A stretch of DNA of 64,000 nucleotides from Flaccisagitta enflata. Lineage: Eukaryota. The translations under genes were made by a program, and so were the position numbers. The notes under the pieces were generated by a model, which saw only the letters and a list, made by a program, of their open reading frames with translations, had not been told where the DNA came from and made no database searches. The stretch is from NCBI GenBank assembly GCA_965153355.1, contig OZ231126.1:18786001-18850000 (forward strand), written 5' to 3'. Positions 28,334-41,792 of the stretch are shown piece after piece (positions within the stretch are counted from its first letter, which is position 1; each line of letters opens with the position of its first letter).

Positions 28334-29688
28334 CCAAAAGTGCAATAAAAATGGCCGATTTTTAGATGGTCTGTAAAGGGACTAGAACTTATCCAAACAG
28401 CAAAATTCATGACACCTGGAAAGCCCTTCAAAAGATCTTTCATTTGAAACTTTTGTGGGACCACTAACTCAATGAATATGCAAATGAGAGTAAGATTAGC
28501 AAAACCACTCAATTTTGAAACTGCCCATGGTAAATTTACAAAGTTCCATAAAAACATCACAGAAGACATTGCCCGATATTGATAAATATTAAATCGATAC
28601 TGGGGCAAATACAGGTCAACTAACACCTAAAATTTCATCAAAATCGATAAAGATCTTCTATCATTTTTACTTATCTAAAACATTTCAGAAAATCCAAGCG
28701 ACGAATTCGGACATTTTTTGATGAGGTGGCAATCTACCCTGTGTTCAAAAGCAAGTGATACCAGCAAAACCTTTATTGCGCCTTAAGTATTCATTTTGAG
28801 AATTTCGGATTGGTTCTGCCTGAAAGCACATTATCTACCATTTATACATACAAAATTTCATAGCAGTGGCTGTAGCGGTTGAGCTTCCACATAGTTGGGA
28901 ATGAAATTGTGGATAAACCGTAAGAAGATTCCTAAGATAACGATGGACTAACTTATGTAGCTTAGAATCAATGGCATTCTTTAATGAATCATGTAAAAAT
29001 GGCCAGATTGGTCCAGAAAGCAAGATATGAGTTTCAGTTTACATATCTCAAGCCATAAATACCAAATCGCGGAAATTCAGGTGCAAAATCTTAATTTTTC
29101 TTTGATTTTTTGAAGTTTGAATAGGTTTTGAATCACATTGCTAGTCATAAGGTTTCTAGTTTTCTCCAAAATATTGACAAAACAAATCATATGAAAAAGA
29201 AGGGTGAAAAACTTACAATTCACGACCAATCTGGTGATTTTAGCTCAATATATGCAAAAATTACAAGGGTTCATTGATGTAAAACAGTTTTACAATGCAG
29301 TTTTTGAGCAAAATTCCTGGAAATTTCATGAATTTTCAAAATTTTATGGAAGCTAAACTGCAAAACCCGAGGCTATGAAAGTTTGCATGAATAAATAGTA
29401 GGTTATATGCTTTCAGATGAAACCATTCTGAATTTCTCAAAATGAATACTTTAGGCACAATAAAGGTTTTGCTGGTATCACTTGCTTTTGAACACAAGGT
29501 AGTTGTTAGCCCTTACTCTGTCATGTATTCTAAAAGAATTGAGAGAAAAGTTGCTGCATGGACTCAAATGAAAGATATTTTTGATATCTTTCTACACTGC
29601 ATGAATTTTAGGATGGTCCCAAGAATCTTTTGACCAAAACCTGTGCTCAAAGCTGTTGAAAAATCGGCCATTTTTATTGCACTAATGG
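28334..29688. mobile_element. Non-autonomous TIR element, possibly piggyBac-like
   Basis: ~30-bp TIR CCAAAAGTGCAATAAAAATGGCCGATTTTT / AAAAATCGGCCATTTTTATTGCACTAATGG. TTAA on the left only. AT-rich non-coding interior. Confidence 0.7.
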
Positions 29689-30277
29689 TTTGTGAGTAAT
29701 CTTTTCTCCATTATTAATTTAGACGGATCTTAGTGACCTTTTGAGAAAAGGCTCTAAATTTACCAATGGTCCTTAGGTCCTCTGCGTCTCTCTTCTTCAA
29801 GTCGAAATCCATTATAACTCCCTTAACATTTTCTCTCTCTTCGATATTTTTGCCGCTATGTGATTCGATTCGACCGCAACCCCCCCCCCCCGGCCCCCCC
29901 TCCCATCCGACTTTCTCGTCCCAAACGAATGTCCAAAAGAGCAGAAGCAAAAGAAGGCTTTTGCTCGTCCAGCCGCCGATGCAGCGGCAGTTCAGCTGCT
30001 GGTTCTTCACCGGAGCAGCCGGGTCATGAGTGATTTGTTTTCTCACTCGGTAGTATGATACCGCCAAATTTGTCTCATGCGACGTGCAAGCGCGCCGTTA
30101 TTCCATTAGCCTTCTTCTTCCCCGACCTAATCCTTCATGGCCTTCATGTGCATGTGCATGTGCATGTGCATGTGCATGTGCATGTGCATGTGCATGCGCG
30201 TGTGCGTGTGCATGCGCCACATGCATCTCTTTCCCTTGATATCCTGGCTCATTGACATTGAGCGTGACGGAACTTAC

Positions 30278-30415
30278 CTCTTGCATGGCCATTCGGCCGT
30301 AAACATGTTGTTTGACCATAAAGCGTTAACCTCCTTGGTCTGGTCTGCCCAAATTGGCCTTGTCAGATTCTCAGCCTCGGTCCTCCCAAGTATCCATCCC
30401 CGTTCGCCCCAAATC
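30278..30415 (-). CDS. Candidate internal exon, Trp-rich, unknown protein
   Basis: tgcag| acceptor and AG|GTAAGT donor. 138 nt, phase 2-2: IWGERGWILGRTEAENLTRPIWADQTKEVNALWSNNMFTAEWPCK. Phase-compatible with the 30960-30619 exon. Confidence 0.45.
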
Positions 30416-30618
30416 CTGCATTCTAGTAAACCACGCACAGCTGCAGTTTTAGCAGGGTTCTGACCATATCCGTCATTTCACGTCTAGAGTCTAGACAGAT
30501 AACGAGCCGTCAGCCGCTTCTACCTCCGCCGCGCCTTTCCCCCCCCCCCCCGAGCTCACTTCTTTTTGCCAACCAACTTCAGCCTAACTCTAGTAACACT
30601 AGGGAAACAACAGCATAC

Positions 30619-30960
30619 CGCTGGCACTGCCGATACCGCTGCCGATCCCGCTTCCGACTCCTCTGCCACTGCCGATCCCGCTGCCGATCCCGCTTCCGAC
30701 TTCTCTGCCACTGCCGATCCCGCTGCCGATCCCGCTTCCGACTTCTCTGCCACTGCCGATACCGCTTTCGACTTCTCTGCTTCTGCCGCTGCCGCTGCCG
30801 CTGCCGCTGCCGACGTCCTAAGCCGCCCTTTTTCCGCCGGTCGGCTGTCTCGTTCCATTCATGATGAATGAGTCCCAAAGGCAACAATTCCGCCGAATAT
30901 ATACTCTCTGGCTCAGAGACTTTTGCCCTTATCCGTGAAGTCCGATGGAGAGCGAGGGGA
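30619..30960 (-). CDS. Candidate internal exon with Arg/Gln-rich 42-bp tandem repeat
   Basis: Strong acceptor ctttcttcttttcactttgccttctccag|. 342 nt open, phase 2-2 ([14 protein letters not shown]...[15 protein letters not shown]...[14 protein letters not shown] repeats). Donor CG|GTATGC. Confidence 0.35.
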
Positions 30961-31319
30961 CTGGAGAAGGCAAAGTGAAAAGAAGAAAGGGAGGTAGAAT
31001 TGGAAATTATAAAGTTTGGAAGGAAAATGAAAATAAGAAATGGATGATGAGGACTGGAATGAACAGAAAGCAGGTTGAATTAAGGAAGAGAAATGAAGTC
31101 AAGAGCATTGTTCGAAGGAGAGAAAGAAATAGGGAGGAAACAAAGAAACTAACATGTATAAATAACCAAAATCACACAGTGAGAACGAAAGAATAACGAA
31201 TGAAAAAAAGAAAGAAAGAAAAAAAGACAGACAGACAGACCGACAGACAGACAGGCAGAAAGAAAGAAAGGAAGAAAAAAAGAAAAAAAGAAAGAACGAA
31301 AGAAAGAAAGAAAGAAAAA

Positions 31320-31407
<88 letters not shown>

Positions 31408-31412
31408 ATGAA

Positions 31413-31448
<36 letters not shown>

Positions 31449-32056
31449 CGACAGAAAGAAATCACGGCCAAGAATCCAAACGTGCAAGCCAACGCATGCG
31501 CCGAATGGATTGACTCAGAATAAGCGGAATCGTTACAGACAGACCGACCAACAGATGGACGGACACGACCTCTCATATAGACATGCTTCAGCGCATGTAA
31601 AAAGAAATACAAAATGATAAAAAAAAAGCACAAAGAACGATATAATAGTTTGTCATCGCACGAGTGTAGATAATGTTAACTCTCAGGACTACACTGCCTG
31701 AGGCCATCAAAGACCTTCCCTAATCTAACGCGCGACTTCGGCGATCGGAAAAAATCGTATATGTCAGACGTCATTACATCATCGGCGCATCAAAGCGGCT
31801 CAAAGTAAGAAAGCATGATACCTAAGTGATGACGATGTAACTTGTTACTCAATTTGATTCATCTGAGGGGCCCGGTGGAATTCAAGGGAATTCATCCTCT
31901 TTCCTTTCTTAATTCCGTCGTTCGTGTACAAGCTCAGCTCTCTCCGGGGGCACTATCAAAGGGAAACCTGTTTATTGTTGTTAGGTCTGATTTAACTTTT
32001 TATTTCAAAGGTTTTTGGAGTGTTGACCCAAATCTCAATGAGAGAGAATAAGAGAG

Positions 32057-32107
<51 letters not shown>

Positions 32108-32477
32108 AAGAGAGTGAGAGAGAGAGAGAAAAAAAAGAATTCCTAAGATAGAAAGAGGGGATGGGGAGGGGTTCAGGATATGCGACAGCAAACAGGGGCG
32201 AAGGGGAAAATGGGAAGAAACTATGATGTTAGTGATTTATTTAAAAGGTCATGTTTAACATCTGATGTACAAAAGTGGTTTGCGGAGTTCCAAAGCTTCC
32301 AACGTGAAATCCCGAGTGAAATGCCGTCTTAGGCTTCGAAATCTAATTTAGCGGACGCATATCAATAAAAACCACCTTCATTCCGTGTGTCTCTTGGCAC
32401 ATCAACGACGCTCTATCATTCCTTCTTTTTGTCTGTCTGTCTGCCTTTTTGTCTGTCGTCCGTCACTCGTCTGTCTG

Positions 32478-32606
<129 letters not shown>

Positions 32607-33526
32607 ACTTTTTTTATCAGTCTTGATCCAAATCATTCTAAATCCAAAAATGAGGGGCGGATTTTCGTTCATAATGTAAGAGGTGAAAATGAACCTGCGC
32701 CAAAAAAAAATGACATCTAGTTCAGATGCGATGGTTAGTCTGTTTTTAGTCACGGACCCGCGACTCTAAAAGAGGCGATGTCCGTCCCAGCCCTCTTAAA
32801 AGTGGAGTAGCGGGTAGCGCCGCTACTCGGAAGAGAAGGCGATCTGTCGGAAGATTTTGGCAGTAGAGGAAGAAGAAGAAGAGGAAAAAAGAGAAAAAGA
32901 AGAAAAAGAAAAAGAAAAAGATGCAGAAATTGGGAAGAAAAAAAAAAAGAATAAGAAAAGGAACAGAAGAAAGAAAAAATGGAGGAGAAAAGGGAAAAAA
33001 TAGACAGAGTTTGATCCTTTTGAATATGCAATTGTAGGCATCATGATTTTTTTAGACTAGAATTTTCAGTAAGGAATACATTTTTTCGTTTCAGGCAGTC
33101 AGTAAGTGAGGATAGTTTTCTCCAAAGTTTTTGTCAGTCAATATAAGCAAAAGATTAGGGTTTCTTTTAAGTTTTGGTGTATTTTCACTAATGGAGTTGG
33201 ATTTTTCATGTCGGCAGACTTGAAGGGCAAAATCATGCTACTCGGATGGAAAACATTTTTAAGAGGGCTGGTCCGTCCGTTGGTCCAGTGGTCTGTTATT
33301 CATGTTCGAGTTGGAAAGTGTAAAAACTAAAAAGCGCATTAGAGATACCGGTTGTGTGTTTGATGTGTGTGTGTGTGTGCGGGGGGTGTTGTATGCCCCT
33401 GCCCACCTGCCCGCGACGGTTTTGTAACCCTGGTTTACTTGTTTCTAGTTCCTTGGTATCTTTTTTTTCTTCTTTTTTTCTCTCGCTGATTTGCTGCCTG
33501 TTCTCTTCCTTCTGTGACTCTTTCTT

Positions 33527-33624
<98 letters not shown>

Positions 33625-33628
33625 TGTT

Positions 33629-33774
<146 letters not shown>

Positions 33775-34464
33775 TATTCACCCCGACAACCAATAGGTAG
33801 TATTACATCTTAGATCCTTAATCTTTTTCCCGTTTATCCTTGCACAAACAGAAGCGGGGAATACCTCTAAGAGGAGGAATTGATAAGCAACCGAAATATT
33901 TGTCGAAATCATGCTTCAAAGCCGTGCAGAGGTTGTTTTGGGTGTAGAATTGTGGCTTTACATTTTTTGGACCTTTTTTGTTTGCGCTCTACATTATTTG
34001 CCCCTTTGTTGGCTTCTTTTTTCCCTCTCTCTCTTTGTTCCATCGCTATTTCCATAACAATTTATAATATATCTATATCTTAGTGAATTCATATCAATTG
34101 TGACATCAGATTAATATTATCACAACCTTTGTATCAGCAATGGTTGGTATTTTCTTTAAATCCGCTCTACATTTACCGCCAACCGATATGAACTGGTATA
34201 AAAGAGAAGGAAAAGGTGGTTAGATTTGTATGGATTTATATTATATTTCTTAATTATATCGCTAAACCGCGCCCTGTCTGCTGACGAACACGCCAGTGAA
34301 GAAAATTTCGACTAGAATTTGATAGTTGATCGTTTGTTGTTTGCGTTGTCTTTGTCGTTGTCGTTGTCGTTGTCGTTGCGGTTGTCGTTGTCGTTAATGT
34401 TGATGTAGGATTTTTTTTCTTGGCCAGAAAACGAGGATGTTTCCCCCAGGCGATTTAAAAAGAA

Positions 34465-34652
34465 AACAAGGCCGGATACACGGTTACCGAAGTTGCGTGC
34501 GGGTGGGCAGGGGCCATATTTGAGGTCACCAGACCATGTGGGCAGGAGCAGTGAGGTCAAAGTAATAAAATCATAAAAAAAAAGTGAAGTGTGACCGACC
34601 GATCGACGGACGGACAAAGCGGGTTGTAGAGTCGCGTGCACGCGACTAAAAA
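34465..34652 (-). mobile_element. Short (~190 bp) HINE-like element; representative of a high-copy family
   Basis: Palindrome AGTCGCGTGCACGCGACT, (GTCG/GTCC)n tract and stem-loop near CTTGTT, in T-rich sites. Related copies near 8282, 8679, 9198, 24332, 24764, 34797, 36317, 40866, 46740, 51608, 54090, 57935, 58636 and 59107. Confidence 0.85.
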
Positions 34653-35098
34653 CGCGTAACGGACCGACTTACGGATGGACAGAGGGTGAAACCCAAGAAC
34701 AGACCCTAGTGAAGAGATGCAATGACGCATGATCGCGGACCTACAAATGTTGTTTCTCGACAGCCAGATTCTACCCTGTTTTCGTCTTAAATCATGAACA
34801 AGGCCAATACAGTCGCGGACGGTTGGGCAGGAGCGGTTATGCAAAAAAACGCCCGCAATTCAAATATGTGACGGACAGACGGACGGATGGACGGACCGAT
34901 ACGGCAAGGTGTGGAGTCGCGAGTTCGTACGGGAAGACGTGCGACCTTGCTGTCACTGTACAAGAACCTCAAAGGGCAGGTTGAAAATACGGCCACAAAT
35001 AAATTTGATGGATCAGTGGAACTCTTGTCGTCAATCTTGAGAGACGTGCTTGACTCCCGAGCGGAGCACCAAGGGTAAGGACTAAGGAGAAGTCCACG

Positions 35099-35293
<195 letters not shown>

Positions 35294-35821
35294 GCCGGGA
35301 CCCTGAAAGCGTTGGCGAGGGTAAGTTGATCTTCACTCAGGGTCATCTCTCTTTATTACACACAAGTGCTTTTCTTCTATTTACGTTTTTGGAGTCTCTT
35401 TGAACAAACTAATGATTTTGAAGAAAGGAAAGGAAAACTAAAGAAAGAAAGAAAGAAAGGAGAAATGAGAACGACAAAAATGTTTTGCAAATATAGCTTG
35501 GATGTTGTATGAATAGTCCCCAAGGTCTCCGTGGGCAGACAGGTTCCACCCACCGAGCGCTAGAAATGTTTATTTTCATTTATTGCTGAGAGGTCCCGTT
35601 TAATAATGGTTAGAAAAACAAGGCCAACACCTATATGTCACGTGCGAGACATACATAATTTGATGACTTAAATTGACTCAAATTGACTTTGAATTACTCA
35701 AGATGACTTGAAATGTCATAAAAAGATGAAAATCACCTTAGTGACAATTTTCACCTAATTGACTTAGGCGACTTAGTATAACTTGATATGACTTAAAATG
35801 ACTTCAAATGACTTCAAATGA

Positions 35822-38734
35822 TAGGACATCCCAGACAGGATGCAGTATCATGAAATTATAAAAGTTGTTTCTCAAACTGACCATCGACATCCTCTAGGAC
35901 CAAAATAATTGCTGTTTTATGCTTTCTTTGAAAAATGTGCAACGGGTGCCTTTTAATAGATCTCTTGTTGCGGAGCCAAAAATTGCAAAAAAATGCCAAA
36001 AATCACCAAAAAACACCAAAATTGACTATTTTCATTATATCTTAATCTCAATTACCCCAGTCCTATGGCAGTTATGCTAGCAAGCACAGCTTCTTTAACA
36101 GATGAACTTTCTAGAAAAACAAGAATTTCAGTTCTGTACATCAAATGCACTTGATTATATCACTATTGGTGCAGCTAAAAAACGGAAAATGATGAAAATT
36201 GGAAAAATGATTCATTCCTTCTTAATTATATCAATCATCCTATCCTCACCCCATTCACTTGACCATTATGTGAGCTGCAGAGGCTTTACAGTCTTAATGA
36301 ACTTCAACCAGAAATTGAAACAAGGCCGGATGCACGGCAATCCAGTCGCGGAAATTTGGGCAGGGGCAGTAATGCAAAGACCGCCCGGAATTCAAAAATG
36401 TGATGGACTGACGGACTTACCGACCTACCAACCACCACGGCAAGGTGTAGAGTCACGTGTCCGCGACTAATTATGCCCTTTTGGGGCCATTTAGCCATTT
36501 CTGGTTGCTTTGTCTGTCCATAGGTCCAAGAGTTCTTGAGCATATGGCCGAAAAGTTGCTGATGCGTCATATTGTTAGCTGTACCTGATGCCCCATTTAT
36601 TCTAATTATAATCTCAGGTTGTCCAGATTAATGGGGCAGTGGCCTTCTAGGGCTTGAGGCATAAGGGAGCTGGCCTGAGGCTTGAGAGAAGGGCTAGGAG
36701 GCATAGGATGATAAGAGGGTTAATTTAAGGCATGAATAGTCTCAAAAGCATCAAATGGTCAGCGGTACCCGTGCCCTGTCTGAGTAGGTTGTGCTTGAAG
36801 TTGAGGGGGGAGCAGGGCAGCCGCCCCGAAGGGGTCGATGACCTATGCTTTCACAAATATGGAAAATTTTCACCTCCTCCTCCTCCTCCTCCTGGGATTA
36901 GGCCTCTTGGCTGGGATTGGGCCTCCTGGCTGGGATTTGGGCCACTTAGCTGGGATTTGGACTTCGAGGCTGAGATTTGGGCCTCAAGGCTGGGATCTGG
37001 GCCTAGAGGCTAGGATTTGGGCCTCAAGACTGGGATTTGGGCCTCGAGACTGGAATTTGGGCCTTGAGACTGGGATGAGGGGGGGATGGAGATGGAGGAG
37101 GAGGAGGAGGAGGAGGAGAAGGAGAAGATTCCCCATATGTGTGAAAGCATAAGTCATTAACCCCTTTGGGGCCGCTGCCCAAAAGGGCTTATATGAGGCA
37201 TGGAATAGCATTTTTGAGACTGGAGATGCTCAATTCAAGGCATGGGAGGCCTTATGTGAGGCTTGGGAGGGTCAATTTGAGGCCTGGGATGGCTGAGTTG
37301 AAGCCTGAGAAGGTAAAATTTAAGGCTCAGGCGGGTCAATTTAAGGCCTGAAAGAGCTTTTCTTGACTTAGGACGGCTAGTTAGAGGCCTGGGAAGGTCA
37401 CTTTGAGGCCTAGGAGTGATAGTTTGAGGCTTAGGAGGGTCAATTTGAGGCCTAAGAAAGCTTATTTAGGGCCTTTAATGGCTGATTTGAGACCTGGGAT
37501 AGTAATTTTGAGGCTTGGAAGGGTCAATGTTAGGTTTGAGAGGGCTTAAGAGGCCCAATTTCATGCCTTAACAAGTTTTTGGGCAGCGGCCCGAAAGGGC
37601 CGATGTCCTGTAGGACACAGAAGTGAACCATTATGTCTGCCTGACAATACTTCCCCCCCCCCCCAAAAAAAAAAAAAACTACTCAAGCCTCTAATTCCCA
37701 TTGAATAACATGGGAAATTGAAAAAATGCAAATAGACTCGTAGTCACGCCTCTCAGACCCCAAATCAGGCCTCTCAGACTTCAAAATGGCCCTCTTTGAC
37801 CCCAAATCAGGCCTCTCAGACCCAAAATCAGGCCTCTCTGACCCCAGATCAGGTCTCTAAGACCCCAAATCAGGCCTCTCAGACTTGTAGACAAGTCTCT
37901 CAGCCAAATCAGGCCTCTCAGACTCAAAATCAAGCCTCTCAGACCCCAAGTCAAGCCTCCCAGATCCAAATTCAGGCTTCTCAGACCCAACTTAGGCCTT
38001 CCAGACCCTCATTCAGGTCTCTCAGACTCAACTCAGACCTCCCAGACCTTAATTTAGGCCTCCCAGACTTCAAACCTTTGAAAACCCAAGATTAACACTA
38101 GCAAACCCTTACTCGGAAATTAGCTCTGTGTGGAATCATAGGTTATCTGTCCCTCCAGGGCTGCTAACCCCTCACCATCACATCCTCATATGAACCAACT
38201 CGGGGACATCGGGTACCGCTGACCATGTGACGTTTTTGGGACTATTAAGGTAATAAAGCTGCTGCAGCTCACACAATAGTCAAATGCATGGAGTGAAGAT
38301 TGGACAATTGATATAGTTAAGCAAAAATGATATACGCTTATTTTTTCAATTTTTGCTATTTTTGAGTTTTTCATGTTTTTTATTGCACTAATAGTGATAT
38401 AATCAAGTGTACCTGAGGCACAGAACTAAAACTCTTGTTGTCTTTGCAAGTTTTTAAGTCAGAGAAACTGTACCAGCCAGGATAACTGCCGTAGGACTGG
38501 GGTAATTGAGAATAACATAAGGTGAAAAAAACTAATTTTGGCGTTTTTTGTGATTTTCGCGTTTTTTGCCTCCTTAACAAGGGATCTATTAGAGTGCACC
38601 CGTTGCACATTTTTCAAAATAAGCACAAAACAACAATAATTTTGGTCCAAAAGGATGTCGATGGTCCCAAAAGAACACCACTTTTGATAGATTTTAGAAG
38701 TAGCCTTCAGAACCAGCCAGTCTGGGATGTCCTA
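35822..38734. mobile_element. Foldback/long-TIR DNA element (~480-bp arms) with nested insertions
   Basis: Termini TAGGACATCCCAGAC / GTCTGGGATGTCCTA. Arms ~35822-36300 and ~38247-38734 are diverged reverse complements. Flanked by CAAATGA on both sides, but within a tandem array, so the TSD is ambiguous. Confidence 0.85.
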
Positions 38735-38887
38735 CAAATGACTTAGAATGACTTAGAATGACCAAAAAGGACTAAAAGTAATAAAAATGTAAATTGTGAC
38801 GGATGGACGGACAGAAGGACGGACGGACAAAGCGGATTGTAGAGTCGCGTGCACGCGACTAAAAGTCATCCACGTTTCTTTATTAAA

Positions 38888-39162
38888 CACTGTGGATCCT
38901 GGGAACCACCAGGACGTTTTTCACATTACTATGGGTTTCTTTTCACTTTGACGCAGTCCCGACGTGCCTGAATCAAGATGTAATTGTTAAAAAATATGCG
39001 TATGCAACAGATTTTCACAAAAAGTGATCTTAATCAAAAAGGGCTAGATGAAATATTTTTTAACGATTGGATCTTGTTTCGTGCATGTGTGGACTCTACC
39101 AAACTGACGAGAAACCCATAGTAATGTGAAAAACGTCCTGGTGGTTTGCAGGATCCGCAGTG
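38888..39162. mobile_element. MITE with CAC...GTG termini and 4-bp TAAA flanks (Chapaev/Transib-like ends)
   Basis: ~53-bp TIR CACTGTGGATCCTGGGAACCACCAGGACGTTTTTCACATTACTATGGGTTTCT, with TAAA on both sides. Confidence 0.8.
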
Positions 39163-39573
39163 TAAAACGAACGTCTTTAAGTGTTTATTATTCAAACTCG
39201 CACAGTCGCGGATGTTATCTTAAGGGCATTTATATTGTTTTCATTAAACGGAAGTAGTGCGTAATTTGGCATTTTTCATTCAATCAAATTCATACATAAT
39301 TCATGAATATGCATTCTAAACATTCTAAAATCGGACGCAGTTTAAGGCATGAAAGGTCGTGTTTCCAGTCCAAACGTAGGTGTCGCTATCTCTTCTCAAC
39401 AATAAATGTTTGATTTTATTTCTCCCCAACTTGAGTAAATATTATGACAAATACGACTCCTTTTCTTGACTCTGTTTAATGATCATATGCGTGCTTGTCC
39501 GTCTGAAAATCGGTGCCTGCTCAGCGCTGTCAGTGTCAGAGTCTGTCTTATCTGACGTGAATTGTTCCATTGT

Positions 39574-39767
<194 letters not shown>

Positions 39768-40004
39768 ACTCTTTCTCTCTCTCCCTCTCTTTCTCTCGCG
39801 ATTTGTGCTGCTTTATGAACGCATTTCCGTCGGTCTGTTGGTGTTTTTTCTACTCTTATTATCAATACATCCAGATTGCATGTGTACATATGCGGTCTCG
39901 CCCATTAGTGCTCCTGACGCACCACTTCGTCGGTGTCCTTGTGATTTGAAATTGAAGTGCTACCGCTTTTACCAATTGCGTCGGTGACGACGACGCCGTT
40001 TCTT

Positions 40005-40360
40005 GGGTGGGGGGGAATAGCACAGTGGTAGGGAGCCCGCTTGTCACCCACTGGGTTGCGGGTTCGAGCTTCGCTCTTGGCAGGTCCTTTAAGCGGAGGT
40101 TTGAAGATCTGCCATCAGGGTGGGGTTCAAGGGGGTTGCTGGATGTACCATCCAGAAAAATAGCTAGCTCGGAGGGGAGGGTAGGCCGTATGACAATACA
40201 AGACAACACAATGATACCCTGACTCACCTGAACTTGGAGTCTAAATACAAACGGGCCAAAGTACATGAGCCCAATGTGGTGGCCGTATAGCCTCGCGAAG
40301 AAGCCAAATCTGTACACCTTCCTTCCGGGTAAGACTCCCCGGCAAATAACAACAACAACA
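40005..40360 (+). mobile_element. tRNA-derived SINE
   Basis: A box TAGCACAGTGG, B box GGTTCGAGC and (AAC)n tail. 12-bp TSD ACGCCGTTTCTT at 39993-40004 and 40361-40372. Confidence 0.9.
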
Positions 40361-41416
40361 ACGCCGTTTCTTCTGCTCTTTTGTTTTCGTTTATTTTGAC
40401 GGAAAGTGAGTTCATATACTAAATTGTATCTTCCTGGGATTGAAAGTGAAGGATCTACGCATAGAATGGCTGAGAGACTACCTCCTACGTGTTAACTGTC
40501 TGTCTGTCTGCTGCTTTGAGTTAACTGTTTATTGCTTTGTGTTTGCTGTCTATTGCTTAGTGGTGGGCGGGTCAATCGACGAACCCACGTCGGTTTGCGA
40601 CTAACAACAAATTGAAGCGCGTCTTGCTGTGGATGTGGGGCTGTGGGCTGTGCTGAAGGCGTCAAAAATGACTGACCAACAGACAGATCAACTGACCTAC
40701 CGATGGAATAGGTAATCGCACTTACTCACTATGGCATTTGCATTTGGGCAGGGACGTCCAAGCCAAAAAGTACAGAAAGGCTGAAAAATTTGGAAATGTG
40801 AATGACGGACTGAGGCTGAACGATCAATGGACCGAACGACATTTATCAGCGTAGCACGCGACTGAAAACAAGGCCGGATACACGGCCACCAGTTGCGGAC
40901 GGGTGGGCAGGGGCGGAAATGCGCGTTTACCCACTTTTCAACTCGAGCGTGACGGACCAACCAACCGACCGACCAAACCAACCAACCAACCGACCAACCG
41001 ACGGACGGACGGATAAAGCCTCTTATAGAGTTGCGTGTCCGCAACTAAAAAGAAGAGAATGAAAAAAAAAACCATTTCTGTGCAGGATAAACCCAAAGAT
41101 AAATCATTGTTGATTCCTTCGAGCTACTTTGGCCACGCTTGCCCCTAGTCTCAACCCCTTCATAATAAATAACGAAATCCCCCTCCTTAATATCCCAATA
41201 TATATCGAGCGAGAGAATCGAGCCTTTTAAATAAAAGCTCGAAAAATAAGGCGATTTGTGTGTTGGAGTTCGACTTAGGGCTCAATTATGTCAAATATGA
41301 AATTATGAATGCGCATAAATTATACCCACATCTTGAAAAAAGATATTGGTACACATAAGGAAGAGAGAGAGACAAAGACAATGAGGCTGCACCTGCTTGT
41401 GGACGAGTATTGTGGA

Positions 41417-41469
<53 letters not shown>

Positions 41470-41579
41470 GTAGGGAATAGAAAATAATATAAGAAAGATA
41501 AAGACAAAAAGTAAGCCAGCTGAAAAGAGGGGAAGAAAAAAGGAAGTTACAGAACAGAAAGAAAGAAAGAAAGAAAGAC

Positions 41580-41646
<67 letters not shown>

Positions 41647-41712
41647 ACGAAGGAGAAAGGAAGAAAACAAAATTACTAAGAAACATGCAAACAAGACAAA
41701 AAGAAAGAAAAA

Positions 41713-41792
<80 letters not shown>

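Noticed and set aside
31680..31821. Minus-strand exon-like stretch GIMLSYFEPL*CADDVMTSDIYDFFRSP with in-frame TGA (Sec/readthrough or sulfotransferase-like FEPL)
   Set aside because: Only a 4-5 residue resemblance, no convincing donor, no SECIS seen, and the plus strand gives an equally plausible frame.
40005..40080. tRNA-like sequences here and at ~51065-51139
   Set aside because: No proper acceptor stem/cloverleaf. They are SINE heads followed by a body, (AAC)n tail and TSDs.
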